64,000 bases of DNA from Heptranchias perlo. Taxonomy: Eukaryota. Below are positions 38,774-53,196 of this stretch, one piece after another. The stretch spans positions 32,984,001 to 33,048,000 of the forward strand of contig NC_090353.1 of assembly GCF_035084215.1 (NCBI RefSeq). The letters are read 5' to 3'. The position numbers and the translations under genes are program-made. The notes under the pieces are model-generated. The model saw only the letters and a program-made list of their open reading frames with translations, did no database searches and was not told where the DNA came from. Within the stretch, counting starts at the first letter, position 1; every line of letters begins with the position of its first letter.

Positions 38774-39840
38774 CTAGATCAGTAAGAGAAAGTGATTTCT
38801 TTTTGACTCTGTTTTCAATACTAAGCAATACTTTCCTAAGTAGAATCACATGTTACTGGACTGCCCGGTAATCCTCAATGCAGTAAAACAGATATCTTCC
38901 TTGCTGCTCTATTTTATACTTTGAAACTGCTCACTGAGCTTCCCTATTGAATAGTTGCATCACCTGGTGTGGAACCATGCAGAACAGGAATGTCCCACAT
39001 TTGATCCCCCATTTGAACTGACCTAGCTGATCTCAGCTGGGCTAGTAGATGGGCTGTTACAATTGGCCTCTCTTCTCTGGGTCAGGAAGGGGAAGAAAGA
39101 AATATCAGCCCAGGTTCCTACTGCTGATCGCAATCTTGTGACTCCTGCTGGAAAGGAAGTTGGATGCGTGGGATCAGGTTTGGCTGCAATGTATAAACTT
39201 GGGTTATATTCCCGGCTGATAAGGATGTTAAGGAGTGATTGGATCAAGGTGTTTAAAATAAGGAAAGGAATTGACACGGTAGGTAGGGAACGACCCTGTC
39301 CTCTAGAAGGGGAATCAGAACAAGGGGACATAATCTTTACACTTTGAACTGAACTAATTAAAAAATACAGGAAAAAAGGCTGTATGAATATGGAACACAT
39401 CAACACAAAAGATCAGTGAGGCAATATCAATTTAAGTGTTTAAAAAGGAGATAGATATTTACTTGGAGAGTGAGGGTATTAAGGGATATGAAGAAAATAC
39501 ATGGAATTGGGATTAAAAAGTTAAGACTGCTAAGACTAACAATGACTCGATGGGTTGAATGATCTACTCCTGCTCTTAAGGATTCTCTGGTTGTTACAGT
39601 GATATCACTGGCATGCTGATTAATCTCAATTCAACTGCTAACTTTGTGAAAACAGTAATTGCCATTGCATAAACAGGACTGTACTGATACATCTAATATC
39701 CCATTTATATTGCAGCACTCACAAAGTAATGTTACTTGCTTCCAGAGGTACGTATGCCATCGCTGTCGACCCTTATGCTATCCCTGTATTATGAATTGAG
39801 AATAAAAAGACCAGAGACTGTCAAGGAAGGCTTGACCCAC

Positions 39841-40001
39841 CTCCATACAGCGGGAGTTAAAGGCTTGCTCCATTCTTTTCCTGGTTTCTGGAACGTAACA
39901 CTTCTTCATTAAGGGAAAGTAGTGGGGATACTTCAGTGTCACCTTCAGCTTCCCATTCTCCACTTTTTCCAGGCTACTGACAAAGTCGTCAGGGAGACCA
40001 C
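39841..40001 (-). CDS. THOP1: THOP1 coding exon 5
   Basis: [54 protein letters not shown]; AG/GT boundaries; 161 nt. Confidence 0.96.
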
Positions 40002-40139
40002 CTAGTAGCAAAATATATTAATATGATCAACACCACTGAACGGAAATCACTTAGACAAAACAAAACTATTCATACCACTCGTTAACCTTAAATGTCGCAA
40101 TGAAATTACCAGATGGAGATTGAAATGAGAAACTGAGGT

Positions 40140-40520
40140 GCATCCCTGCTGGCTCAGCCTGTAACTCATTCATACGGACCAAAAAAGTCTCTGGTTCAAT
40201 CCACAGTCTGTATTGAGTTATCTGAACTCAATCAGTTGGAGAACTCCAATTGGCCTCGGTAACCCCATGGAAAATACAGGAAAACAGGCCAAGATACCAG
40301 CACTTGATCATTATCCAGTCAACCCTGCTTGAAAGCATGCATGTGAAAATGTCAGATGAGGATGAAATCAGGCTCGGCTGTGGTGCCCCCATGTTCAACT
40401 ATTATTTTTTCCTCATACATAAAGAATGGCCACTTGGGTGATGTATCAGAGGGTGTTCAGGACCCGATGAACCATAATCCCAATAGGATTCAACTCAGTC
40501 AAGAGAGGGAAAGAGGAGAG
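40140..40520 (+). mobile_element. Representative of an abundant old SINE-like family (unclassified)
   Basis: Shared blocks ggttcaatcc..ctgagttagctga..aatcagccaggg..ctgctggaaag..ggctcggctgtg..cacatgaagaatggccactt recur ~20 times in the window. Confidence 0.7.
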
Positions 40521-41791
40521 GGAAAAGGGGGAGAAAATTAGCAAAATAAAGGAACGGGATAACGAATGGTTTGGAAGCAGAAACGGACACGTGCATACCC
40601 AAGGATATCGTACAGCCAGTATTACAGCAAAACTTAATGCCGGAGGTATGAAATTTTCCTGTGTCAACTTTAGCTATGAGAAACACCCAGTGGTACAATT
40701 CTAGACAATGTCATTCTGAACTTAGTTGTATCTACAGAGAGCATTTTGAGCTGTATAGCGCTGCGGTGAAATAAGAAAGAACGAACTTGCATTTATATCA
40801 CACCTTTCACGACCTCAGGAAGTCCCAAATCACTTCACAGACAATGAAGTACTTTTTAAGTATGATCACTGTTGTTATGTAGGGAAATGCAGTAGCCTTG
40901 TAAACAGTAAGGTCCCAATGAGATAATGGCCAGATAATCTGTTTTTGGTGATGATGGTTGAGGGATAAAGTTGGCCAGGACACCAGGAGAATGTCCCTGC
41001 TCTTCTTAGAATAATGTCATGGGATCTTTTATGTCCACCTGAGAGGGCAGACAGGTCCTCGGTTTAACATCCCATCCAAAAGATGACACCTTAGACAGTA
41101 CTGCGCTGAAGTGTCTGTCTAGATTATGTACTCAAGTTTATGGAGTGGGGCTTAAACACAACTTTCTGCCTCAGAGGCGAGAGTGCTACCACTGAGCCAA
41201 GGCTGATACCGGACAATACTTTCCCTGATGGTGGTATGGATGGGAGAAATTTCAGATGATGAATTGAGAGCATCACACAACATCAAAACATTGCAAAACA
41301 TCAAAATTATTGGCTAAATGGGGAAGAAAAGTCCACGGAGTACTTTTTGCTCCAAGTTTTCCACCATGGTATATATTCAAAAAAGATATATTCAGAAAAA
41401 TACTCGACATTTTCTCAATTTGTTTTAAACCACAACAGAAACTCACCATGGCAACAAAGAGCACATGGTATTGGCAAATATTCATTGTAGGCAATGAATA
41501 TAACCAGGTGATTTCTGTCATCACCCCTCCAAATGGGCAGACAGTCTTTGCCAGATCATAAATGAGTAACCTGATGTCATATTCACCTCTATGCTCAGTC
41601 TGCCTAAGGAACAATGAAACCTTCCCAGTGACAGGCTGTACTCCAGTCAAATGCACAAGCCGTCTGAAGAGGGATAATCTTGTGCTTGAAACTGAGGGCC
41701 ACTTGGCTGCACAAACGGATATACTTTCATTTGGCATTTACAGGGCTAAGTTCCAATCCTGTTTTCATCTACAAAATAACTTTTTGCTTAC

Positions 41792-41894
41792 CCAATTCAT
41801 CTTGGGTAAACTCCAGAAAGGTAGTATTCTCGTTCAGGTTCTTGCTGAAGTCTATACACAAAGTGCTGATTCTCTTCTTGATAGCTTTGATCTC
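41792..41894 (-). CDS. THOP1: THOP1 coding exon 4
   Basis: ctttag|..G|GTAAGC; [34 protein letters not shown]; 103 nt. Confidence 0.95.
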
Positions 41895-43520
41895 CTAAAG
41901 CACAGAATAAATAGACCTTGAGCTCTTTCACTAGCATCTCATCATTTACCAAGATTTTCAGCAGGGGAGGGTATTGTGTATTTCCAGAATAAGGAATTTA
42001 TTTAGATGTGGTGTTAAATACCACAGCAAGATCCAATGTATCCAAACTAAACTGCTATTCATTAGGCTAAAAATAAAAGGCTGGCGTTTCCCCAAAGACC
42101 TAGTGGATAAATTTATATGGCGTGATACTTGGACATATTAAATAGAAAGTTTCAGGTTCAACCTCTGTTCTGTGCTCAGTCAAACGGTCTCAGCTAGTGC
42201 AGCAGTTAGGGTGCCACAAATAGCCTCAGCGCCCCAGAGCTGGGGAAAGGGTAGGGGGGAGAAGAGAATGTCAGGTTTTCTGTAAAGTACATGCATGTGT
42301 GAGGATCTGGCTTGGCTGTGATTCCTTCCATTATCATATTGCCTGACAACACTCCCTGTCCAGGCTCACACATACGAACATACGAATTAAGAGCAGGAGT
42401 AGGCCATTCGGCCCCTTGAGCCTGCTCTGCCATTTGATAAGATCATGGCTGATCTGATTGCGACCTCAACCCTACTTCCCCGTTTACCTACTACAAGAGT
42501 GACCAGAGGAAAGCCAAAACCCGTGAAACTAAACCCTGCCTGAGTAAGCACCTTGAGAAGAGGAGAGAAAGCTATTTAAAAAGTAGTGACTTATACACCT
42601 GAATTTCCTAGATAAGCAAAATTGCCTTCAGGTCAGTGTCAGCAACACTGAAGCCATCTTTTATTACTGCTGCCAGCAATTGCATGCCTCTGGCCTAGAC
42701 TCCATCAACTTCCAGGTTGTCTCCTGCATCTAAACCCCAAGGCTAAATCCCCAGGTCTGCCACCTCAATGTCCTATTGGAGCCTGAGCTGAGCATTCCAC
42801 CCTCCATCTGGCCTTTTGTCAAGGCCGCTTTCTTGAAGCTCTTAAACACTGCCCATTTTTATTCCTATTTTCTCCCCCTGATGCTCAACATCTCAAGAAT
42901 TGATCAACTTCTCTTTGCCAACCTCCTGACTCCACAAACTCCAACATGTTCAGAAGTTCAAAGCCTGCGTACTTTCCTGCACAAAATCTCGCACTCCTAT
43001 TATCCCCATCCTTGCCAAGCTCCACTGGCTCCCTGTGCCCCAGCAAATTGATTTTGAGACCCTCATACTTATTTTCAAATCCCTTCACAGACCATACTCT
43101 GCCATACCAAGCAATATTCTCCAGCCATATATCTACACGGATTCTTAGCTTCCGACACTGGATTACTGCTCGTTTCCTGCTTCCTTCACTCCACTATCCG
43201 AAGTCATTCTTTCAGTCACTACTCCTTTTTCTCTGACATTATCAAGTGAGAAAAGCTTTACAAATGCAAGTTGTTGCAGATATAAAAAGAAACTACCTCT
43301 CCTTGACTCAAGACAACAATACTTACTCTTGACTTTTACCAGTTGTTCTCTCTCCTTTCTTTGTTTTGTTCAATTCTATAAAGGGACTCATTTGCTTACA
43401 GTTTCCAGCACTGTCCACACCCAAAATATTTTCAGGCGGAAACAGACATGCTGTGTATTTCCAGCATTCTCTGTGTGGTTGGATGACTCATCTACAAATG
43501 CCATTTTTACTGCTACTCAC

Positions 43521-43628
43521 CTCTTGCTTGTCTTTACACATGTGTAGTCCATTTCTTTTTCCTAGTTTCAGCAGCCTTTCCATGTAGCGTCTAGCCTCTG
43601 GCCGTAGTTCATCAGCCTGACACTTATC
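43521..43628 (-). CDS. THOP1: THOP1 coding exon 3
   Basis: ctttcag|..GAG|GTGAGT; DKCQADELRPEARRYMERLLKLGKRNGLHMCKDKQE (hand-translated, not in ORF track); 108 nt. Confidence 0.95.
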
Positions 43629-44873
43629 CTGAAAGAACCAAACCCCACAGAGTGACGCAGCACAAAGAAATTATCTCTAATATATTTATTTTTCTTCTAA
43701 TCAAATGTGGAAAAGATTTCGGTGTGTCAACAAAGTTCGTCTTTCATGCAAATGTGATTTTTAGTAACCTATTCTGGTTTGCAAGCTAGAACAGTGACAA
43801 CTAGAGGATCTTACTCCAAAATAACATGGCTTTCCTTCAGAGGTAGCTGAAAGATGATCCATTTTACAACACAATCCCATGCAAATTTTTTGTTATAATT
43901 AATAATGGTTGCATTTATCACATTGTCAAACATTTCAAAGCATTTCACACATCTTTTGAAGTGTAGGTAAATGCTACAGCCATTCTGCACCAGTGGAATA
44001 ACAATGACCAGTTAATCTATTTTTGGTGGTATTGCTTGATGAAAGAATGATGGCCAAGACATCAGGAGAACTCTCTGCTCTTCAAGTATTGACATGGGAT
44101 CCTAAATATTCATCCGAACATGCAAAGATGACCTCAGTTTAACGTCTCATCTGAAGAACGACACCTCCAACAATGCAGCATTCCCTCAGTACAGCACTGG
44201 AATGCCAGCCTAGATTGTGCACTCAAGCCCTGCTGTGCAAATGAAATCCACAATCTTCTGATGTAGAGGCAAACGTGCTACCAACTCAGGCAAGTTGACA
44301 CTTTCAAGGGTGTTCTCTACTTGTTGGGGTGGGATTTGAGTGAGCCAACCTGTTTAAAGAATGCTACAAAGAATGTGATAGGACAACCGGAAAAGTGACA
44401 GTCAGTCATGGTCTCAGAACAATGAGCAATCATGGTGTCTGATACTGGAACAATTTAAACCCCAAATTTCTCACTTTCTCTCCCAAAGGGGCTGATTCAT
44501 GCTGAGGGGGAGGTGGGGGTCCACGGCAGTCAAGTGACCATTCTTCATGTGTGACCCTAACTGATGAGCTATTCAACTGTGGCGGACATCATATCAGAAC
44601 TTGATCCTGTCCTAAAGGATGTTCACACATGAGTACTTTGCAGCAGGAGGCAATAGTCATCAGGAGCAAGAACTGTGATTGACTTTTCTCCTCCTTAGCC
44701 TGAGGTCAATTGCAGCAGCCCAACTGCAAGAATAGGGGTGCTCTGCCCATAATTTTTTAACAAATATTCTAAAACTGTCAGAAGGAGTCCAGCAAGATAA
44801 AAGAGGCCTTAGAGATGCTACCGCTTTCCACACCAGTTCCACTATTCTTTACTCAGTTGGTGTCAATTCTCAC

Positions 44874-45022
44874 CTGAAGAGCAACAAGCCTCTGGTAGAC
44901 GTCTTCTCTCATGCTCATCTCCACATCAAACTCCGACAGTTGTTTGTCCGCCTCGGTGCTTGCAGCCCGAACCTCTTTGCAAGGAGAAACATGCTGGGGG
45001 AAGTCCAGAATATTCCGTTGTA
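44874..45022 (-). CDS. THOP1: THOP1 coding exon 2
   Basis: tttcag|..CAG|GTGAG; [50 protein letters not shown]; 149 nt. Confidence 0.97.
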
Positions 45023-48000
45023 CTGAAATATCAAATAACAAGTCTCAGCATCTGAAGCAAAGGGTTCAGCATATCAATTTTACTACTGTACTAGAGAGGT
45101 GGGTAGGAGCAGGTCCAGTTTAATAAGGATGGTACAGCACACCAGGGAGGGCACTTTTACTTTCCCCAACTCCTATAATGTTGATTTTCTGCTTCTTTCT
45201 TGAAGGTTCTGATTCATACTGAGGTAAAAGTCCATGGACACTGTGAAGGACATCACAATGTAACCTGATATTGTGCTCACCTAACATGCACACTTTCTAA
45301 CATGCCTTAGCAACAAGGAGTGGGATCACAGGCTGATTTTTGCTCCATCAAGCTCAGAAGCCAACTATGGTACCCCAGCTGCTGCCCCAGGCCAGATCAG
45401 CTAACTTAGTGCAGATCAATGAAAATGAAGACATTCTGGTTTCTGTGACTCAGTTAAATACTGCTTTCACCAACCGAACCATCAAATGAGCGAAAATGTA
45501 ACTGTTAAAGGGAGATCATCCCTCTGTGATTTTTCCCTAAGTAGAGTTTGGAGGATGCCTGAAAATGAAGAAGTATGTTCATTTGCTTTCTATGGTTTTA
45601 GAGATTCAACAGATTATTCTGCTTCTGGAGATTAGCAGGCAAGGCCAATTTATTGCTGTTCACAAGCATGATTTTTTTTATGATAGCAACATATTTGAAT
45701 CAACACATTGGAAGGAGAAAGATAATTTATAGGGGCTGGGAGTCCTAGATAGTGAGAAGCAGGTCGGTGTACCAACCAACATGCTACATTGCAGCAGCTA
45801 GAGGTGGATGCCAGCGACTGATCACATTCAGGGGATTTTGTTCTCACTTGGGTAGCAGTTAGGGTATCACAAATGGCCTTGGTATCCCTGAACAAGGGAG
45901 GCAATGTGCTGAGAACAAAGAAACAGGCAGGTGAATCCAGGTCACTCTCACGGCACTCCCAAGATACAGAATGGCACTGGTTACTTCACTGGCGTCTCCA
46001 CTGAGGAACGGCGCAAGCCACTGGGGAAACTAAAAGGGAAAAAGATATACTTTTAATGGAGAGCTAAATTATTTTTAAATTGGAAATATATACTCTTGTG
46101 TAGATGAGGAAATTCAGCTAATGTACCAATTCCTGCATTCACGTATCTATTCAGTGTTGTCACTACGATTTCAGTAAAATGAAATGGTGGATATGTGAAA
46201 CTTTCATACGATGTCCACTCAAACTATGAAAAACGACCAGCAGTACAATACTAGATATTGTCCTTCGGATTGTGTTTTCAGATACTACATTGTGCTATAG
46301 GACACTAGCGTGAAATACAGGTGGTACAGGTCCATCACTGGTGGTAGTCATGGTGGGAGCAATTTGAGGTGAAGAACAAGAGCTGTATTGTAAAACATTA
46401 AAAGTATGATTGGCTAAAGTAAGCATGCTAATGTACTAAATAAGCCTAGTAACACTACTGATTATCTGTTTAAGTGGAAATTTTGGGATCCGGATTGTGT
46501 TCGTAGTTCTGAAATGTCTGCAACTTTAAGGTTTTGTAATTTTCCAGGGAATAACAAAGATTTACCAAGGAATAGTTGGTGTAGTTGGTTAGATACTGAC
46601 CATACACCTCTTGGATTTTGATTCAAATGCAACCTGTACTTAGACGGAGGAAATTTCTCCCGTCTATGGGCTGTAAGGGTCTGTGAAATTAGGTTGGGCA
46701 GTCTCAATCTAGCCCCAAAGTAGGCGCAGGCCCACAGCACAATCTGCCCCTAATTTGGCACTACATAGGGAATGTTGCACAGAATGACTGCTAAAGGAAG
46801 TGGAAAATATCATTCCAGTGCAGATAGTGTTCCTCTTCAGAGTTATGGGCTGATGCACATTATTGGGACAGGGAACAGGGAGCACCATACTCTGCATCGC
46901 ACCTGACCTGGGTGTGCTTGATGCTGACTCAGTGTTCCATTTCCTACAAATAAAATCATCAGAATGTTTTTTTAAAAATGAGGACGAAGCATTGAAAAGA
47001 ATTTTATAGTAGAAGAATTAGCATTTCAATTTACAATAAAGTTGAAACATTATTTTTTTGAAAAGTAACATACTGAACTCTCCCATTAATGTGCAATGTA
47101 TTCAGTTGATTGGACAGTTCATAACTTTGGTGTGTGACTTCTAGGTTCTACCATACATTGTGAAAACTGACATAACCCCAGAATTATTAGTCCAACAAAG
47201 CCATGGAGAGAGTAAGATAAAGCCTCCAGTCAGCAGCTCTCCACTCACAAAACAGCTGAATGTTTGGACTATTGCTTACATCTGCTTACAAAGGTTTTTC
47301 CACAATACGTACCCCTCTGACCAGTGCTTTCTAGATACAATGTCGGACAGTTCGAGGGGATCACATGAGAAATTTCTTTATGTTTCATTGTCAGTTCATG
47401 TTAAAAGTATGACAATCCCCCCCCCATTCAGTTTAAAATAATTTTATTTCAGAAATTAGCAGCAAAGTGGAATTTTCCATTCACAATGTGCACGGATCAG
47501 TGTTTGCAATTAGAACATTACAGATACAGGCTGAAAACAAAGGGATCTATTGTGGTCAAATGGCATTTGAGGCAATGAAAGAAAATACCAAGCAGTCCAG
47601 TGGTCAACGTTCGAATACGTTTAGCTGCCATTTTTCCCTCTTCACCTCTGTAACGTACCCTGGTGTTTGGTTCCATATGTGTTGGCTACTTTCTGGTATG
47701 CCAATCTTTATGTACAAGCCTCAACAATGAACTGCCAACAAAAAAGACATCAGGTGTGCACAGACCGATAAACAACTGAGACGCAGAAGCTGCTGAGTTC
47801 AGTTGTGTGTAATAAATACTGCCATGCCACATTGTTATTTCTAAATCATTCACGAAGGAGTTTGCTGTACTGTATTCAACTACTATTTATGTCTCCATGA
47901 ACAAGGACAATCCAACAGCTCATGAGTGAAAATCATAAGTGAGTTATTGGGTCATCTTCCCAGCTAAGAATATAGGCAGTATTTCAATTTTGGAGGAAGC

Positions 48001-48399
48001 ACTTTAGCTATAAAATTGCACATGTAGAAAGCTATTATTACACAATAAATGTAAAGAGCAATTGATTTTCACCCATTGCTCAAGAAATGATTTATAAGTC
48101 GGTTTTATTATTTTCCTCTCAGGATTTCTCCTCTTGTCATCTGAAGGGGCTAGCCCATGGTTGGATACAGTTCCAGTAGCCGCAGCTACCTTACAGTCTA
48201 GGCAGCAACTGCCGGCAAGCTATTCAACCACAGGAGTTATTACAGCCAAGCCCAATTCTGTCCATAACAGAGGTCCATTTTTCAGCAGATGTCTCCGGAA
48301 GCTGTGATCAGGAGTCAGAGACTTGTCCAATTTTCTTCCCCATTCCTGCTTATGGGAACACTGAGACAAACTGTTCAAAACAATGGAGAGGGATAAACC

Positions 48400-51300
48400 T
48401 GATAACTGTGGTCCAGCCAGCCCAACATCGGTGGTGGGGAAACTTCTAGAGATCCATAATCTAGGAAAAATTTAATTGTCACTTGGGAGAACATGGGTTA
48501 GTTCATAAATGACAGCCAATACAGATTTGTTAAAGACAAATCGTGTCTGACCAACTTGATTGTGTTCTTTGATGAAATAATGGAGACGGTTGATGAAGGT
48601 AGTGCAGTTGATGTGTGTATGGACTTACAAAAGACGTCGATAAAGTGCCACAAAACAGACTTGTTAGCAAAATCTAATCCCACAGGCTTCAAGGGGCAGT
48701 GGTAGCGTGGATATGAAATTGGCTAAGAGACAGAAAGCAGAGACTAGTGGTGAATGGTTGTTCATCAGACTGGAGGGAAATATACAGTGGTGTCCCCCAG
48801 GGGTCGGTATTAGGGCAACAGTTCCTTTTGATATATACTAATGACCTGGACTTGGGCACAGGAGCCATAAATTCAAACTATGCAGATGACACAAAATTTG
48901 GAAATGCAATAAACCATCAGGATAGCAGCAGACTTCAGGAGGACAGACAGACTGATGAAAGTCAAGCAACAGCCTGACATAGCCATACTCACAGAATCAT
49001 ACCTTTCAGCCAACGTCCCAGACTCCTCCATCACCATCCCTGGGTGTGTCCTGTCCTAGCAGCAGGACACACCCACCAGAGGTGGCGGTACAGTGGTATA
49101 CAGTAAGGAGGGAGTGGCCCTGGGAGTCCTCAACATTGACTCCGGACCCCATGAAATCTCAGGGCATCAGGTCAAACATGGGCAAGGAAACCTCATGCTG
49201 ATTACCACCTACCGCCCTCCCCAGCTGATGAATCAGTCCTCCTCCATTTTGAGCACCACTTGGAGGCAGCACTGAGAGTAGCAAGGGCACAAAATGTACT
49301 CTAGGTGGGGGATTTCAATCTCCATTACCAAGAGTGGCTCGGTAGCACCACTACTGACCGAGATGGCCAAGTCCTGAAGGACACAGTTGCCAGACTGGGC
49401 CTGCGGCAGATGGTGAGCGAACCAAGGGAAAAACCTACTTGACCTCGTCCTCACCAATCTACCTGTCGCAGATGCATCTGTCCATGACAGTATTGGTAGG
49501 AGTGACCACCGCACAGTTCTTGTGGAGATGAAGTCCTGTCTTCACAATGAGGAAACCATCCAACGTGTTGTGTGGCACTACCACCATGCTAAATGGGATA
49601 GATTCAGAACAGATCTAGCAGCTCAAAACTGGGTATCCATGAGGCACTGTGGGCCAGCAGCAGCAGCAGAATTGTATTCCACCACAATCTGTAACCTCAT
49701 GGCCTGGCATATTCCTCACTCTACCATTACTAACAAGCCAGGGGATCAACCCTGGTTCAATGAGGAGTGTAGAAGAGCATGCCAGGAGCAGCAGCAGGCA
49801 TACCTAAAAATGAGGTGCCAACCTGGTGAAGCTGCAACTCAGGACTACGTGCATGCTAAACAGCGGAAGCAACATGCTATAGACAGAGCTAAGCGATTCC
49901 ACAACCAACGGATCAGATCAAAGCTCTGTAGTCCTGCCACATCCAGTCGTGAATGATGGGGGACAATTAAACAACTAACGGGAGGAGGAGGCTCCGTGAA
50001 CATCCCCATCCTCAATGATGGCGGAGTCCAACACATGAGTGCAAAAGACAAGGCAGAAACATTTGCTACCATCTTCAGCCAGAAGTGTTGAGTGGATGAT
50101 CCATCTCGGCCTCCTCCTGATATCCCCACCATCATAGAAGCTGGTCTTCAGCCAATTCGATTCACTCCACGTGATATCAAGAAACGGCTGAGTGCACTGG
50201 ATATAGCAAAGGCTATCAGCCCTGTCAACATCCCGGCTGTAATGCTGAAGACTTGTGCTCCAGAACTAGCCACTCCCCTAGCCAAACTGTTCCAGTACAG
50301 CTACAACACTGGCATTTACCTGACAATGTGGAAAATTGCCCAGGTATGTCCTGTCCACAAAAAGGACAAATCCAATCCGGCCAATTACTGCCCCATCAGT
50401 CTACTCTCAATCATCAGCAAAGTGATGGAAGATTTCGTCGACAGTGCGATCAAGCGGCATTTACTCACCAATAACCTGCTCACTGATGCTTAGTTTGGGT
50501 TCCGCCAGGACCACTCGGCTCCAGACCTCATTACAGCCTTGGTCCAAACATGGACAAAAGAGCTGAATTCCAGAGGTGAGGCGAGAGTGACTGCCCTTGA
50601 CATCAAGGCAGCATTTAACAGAGTGTGGCATCAAGGAGCCTTAGTAAAATTGAAGTCAACCGGAATCAGGTGGAAAACTCTCCAGTGGCTGGAGTTATAC
50701 TTAGCACAAAGGAAGATGGTAGTGGTTGTTGGAGGCCAATCATCTCAGCCCCAGGACATTGCTGCAGGAGTTCCTCAGGGCAGTGTCCTAGGCCCAACCA
50801 TCTTCAGCTGCTTCATCAATGACCTTCCCTCCATCATAAGGTCAGAAATGAGGATGTTCCCTGATGATTGCACAGTGTTCAGTTCCATTCGCAACCCCTC
50901 AGATAATGAAGCAGTCCGTGCTCGCATGCAGCAAGACCTGGAAAACATCCAGGCTTGGGCTGATAACTGGCAAGTAACATTTGCGCCATCTCCAATAAGA
51001 GAGAGTAACCACCACCCCATGACATTCAACGGCATTAACATCGCTGAATCCCCCACCATCAACGTCCTGGGGGTCACCATTGACCAGAAACTTAACTGGA
51101 CCAGCCATATAAATACGTGGCTACAAGAGCAGGTCAGAGGCTGGGTATTCTGTGGCGAGTGACTCACCTCCTGACTCCCCAAAGCCTTTCCACCATCTAC
51201 AAAGCACAAGTCAGGAGTGTGATGGAATATTCTCCACTTGCCTGGATGAGTGCAGCTCCAACAATAATCAAAAAGCTCGACACCATCCAGGACAAAGCAG

Positions 51301-52502
51301 CCGGCTTAATTGGCACCCCATCCACCACCTTAAACATTCACTGTCTACACCACTGGCGCACCGTTGCTGCAGTATGTACCATCCACAGGATACACTGCAG
51401 CTATTCGCCAAGGTTTCTTCAACAGCACCTCCCAAACCTGCAACCTCTACCACCTAGAAAGACAAGGGCAGCGGGCACATGCGAACAACACCACCTGCAT
51501 GTTCCCTTCCAAGTCACACGCCATCCGTCGTTCCTGGGTCAAAATCCTGGAACTCCCTACTTAACAGAACTGTGGGAGAACCTTCACCACATGGACTGCA
51601 GCGGTTCAAGAAGGCGGCTCACCACCATCTTCTCAAGGGCAATTTGTGATGGGCAATAAATGCTGGCCTTGCCAGTGATGCCCACGTCCCATGAACGAAT
51701 GAAAAAAGGCCTACACATGCAGATGAAATTTAATGCAGCGATGTGTGAAGTGATGCATTTTGGAAGGAAGAATGAAGAGAGGCAATAGAAACTAAATGGT
51801 ACAATTTATCCATTGAGAGATCTGGGGGTTCACATATACAAATCTTTGAAGGTGGCAAGGCAAGTGGATACGGCTGTTAAAAAAGCATACAGGATCCTGG
51901 GCTTTTTAAATAGAGACATAGAGTACAAAAGCAAGAAAGTTATGCTAAGCCTTTATAAATCACTAGTTAGGCCTCTGCTGGAGTATTGTATCCAATTCTA
52001 TGCGCCACACTTTCAGAAGGATGTGAAGGCCTTGGAGAAGGTGCAGAAGAGTTGACCTAGAACGGTACCAGGGGTGAGGGACTTAAGTTATGTGGAGAGG
52101 CAAGAGAAGCTGGGGTTGTTCTCCTTCGTGCAGAGAAGATTATGGGAAGATTTAATAGAGGTGTTCAAAATTATTAAGGATTTTGATAGAGTAGATAGGG
52201 AGAAACTGTTTCCACTGGCAGGAAGGTCAGTAACCAGAGGCAAAATACCCAGGGGGGGGGGGGGGAGATAAGGAGATTTTTTTTACACAGCAAGTTGTTA
52301 TGATCTGGAATGCTTGAAAGTGTGGTGGAAGCAGATTCAATAGTAACTTTCAAAAGGGAATTGGATAAATACTTGACAAAGAAAAAATTTCAGGGCTTTG
52401 GGGAAAGAGCAGGGGATTGAGACTAATTAGATAGTTCTTTCAAAGAGTTGGCATAGGCACAATGGGCAGAATGGCCTCCTTCTGTGCTGTGTGATTCTAT
52501 GA
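48400..52502 (+). mobile_element. CR1 LINE (outer) split by a second LINE
   Basis: KSCLTNL..GVPQGSVLG..YADDTK to 48960; resumes at ~51709 with QMKFNA..CEVMHFG..LYKSLVRPLLEYC and CR1 tail. Confidence 0.9.
48960..51708 (+). mobile_element. ~2.7 kb CR1/Jockey-group LINE (endonuclease + RT remnants)
   Basis: GDFN..SDH endonuclease motifs, NPANYCPISLLS, ALDIKAAFNRVWH, GVPQGSVLGP, FPDD; several stops; tail gggcaataaatgctggcc..gaatgaaaaaa. Confidence 0.92.
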
Positions 52503-53196
52503 ACTGTAACACTCCAACTGAGGTCCAGGTGGAATCAGCTAACTCAACAGGAAAGCTTTCTTTTTGTTAACAATGCAATTTGATATCATTTTATGAGATG
52601 TATCAGTCGTGGTTGACATCATTTTCAAACTGACAATGATCAGTCTTTCACAATTTTTTTTTCCAGGCTGAAGTACAAAATGTGTATAAGCAGATTAAAC
52701 AACACAATTACCAATACAGTACTAACTTTTATTGTACATTAAACCATTTTCTGAGTCCAACCTAACAAACCTCATTGATCTTTAATTCTAAACAGTCCCT
52801 TGATGCTTTTTACCTAAGCGCACACTTTGATGCTCCTGGGAGTTTAGTCTTGGCACAGTAACCTGGAAATACACGTAACCTAAATGAAGACCTAACCATC
52901 AGCTTCTTAGAACAATAGATGTTTACAGCATAAAAGGAGGCCATTCCTGAACTGGCTCTTCAATAGGGCAATCTAAAACTAACCCCATTGGCATGCTCTC
53001 TCTCTCTCTCTCTCTCCCTCCCCCCACAGCCCTGTATCTTCCTCTGCTTCAAATATTCATTGAATGATACCATGCAGGAGGCCATTCGGCCCATCGTGCC
53101 TGTGCCAGCTCTTTGAAAGAGCTATCCAACTAGTCCCTTTCCCCATAGTCCTGCCAATGTTTCCCCTTGAAGCATTTATCCAACTACCTTTTGGAA

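Noticed and set aside
48960-51708. Active or domesticated RT gene
   Set aside because: 5'-truncated, with multiple stops/frameshifts and FADD changed to FPDD.
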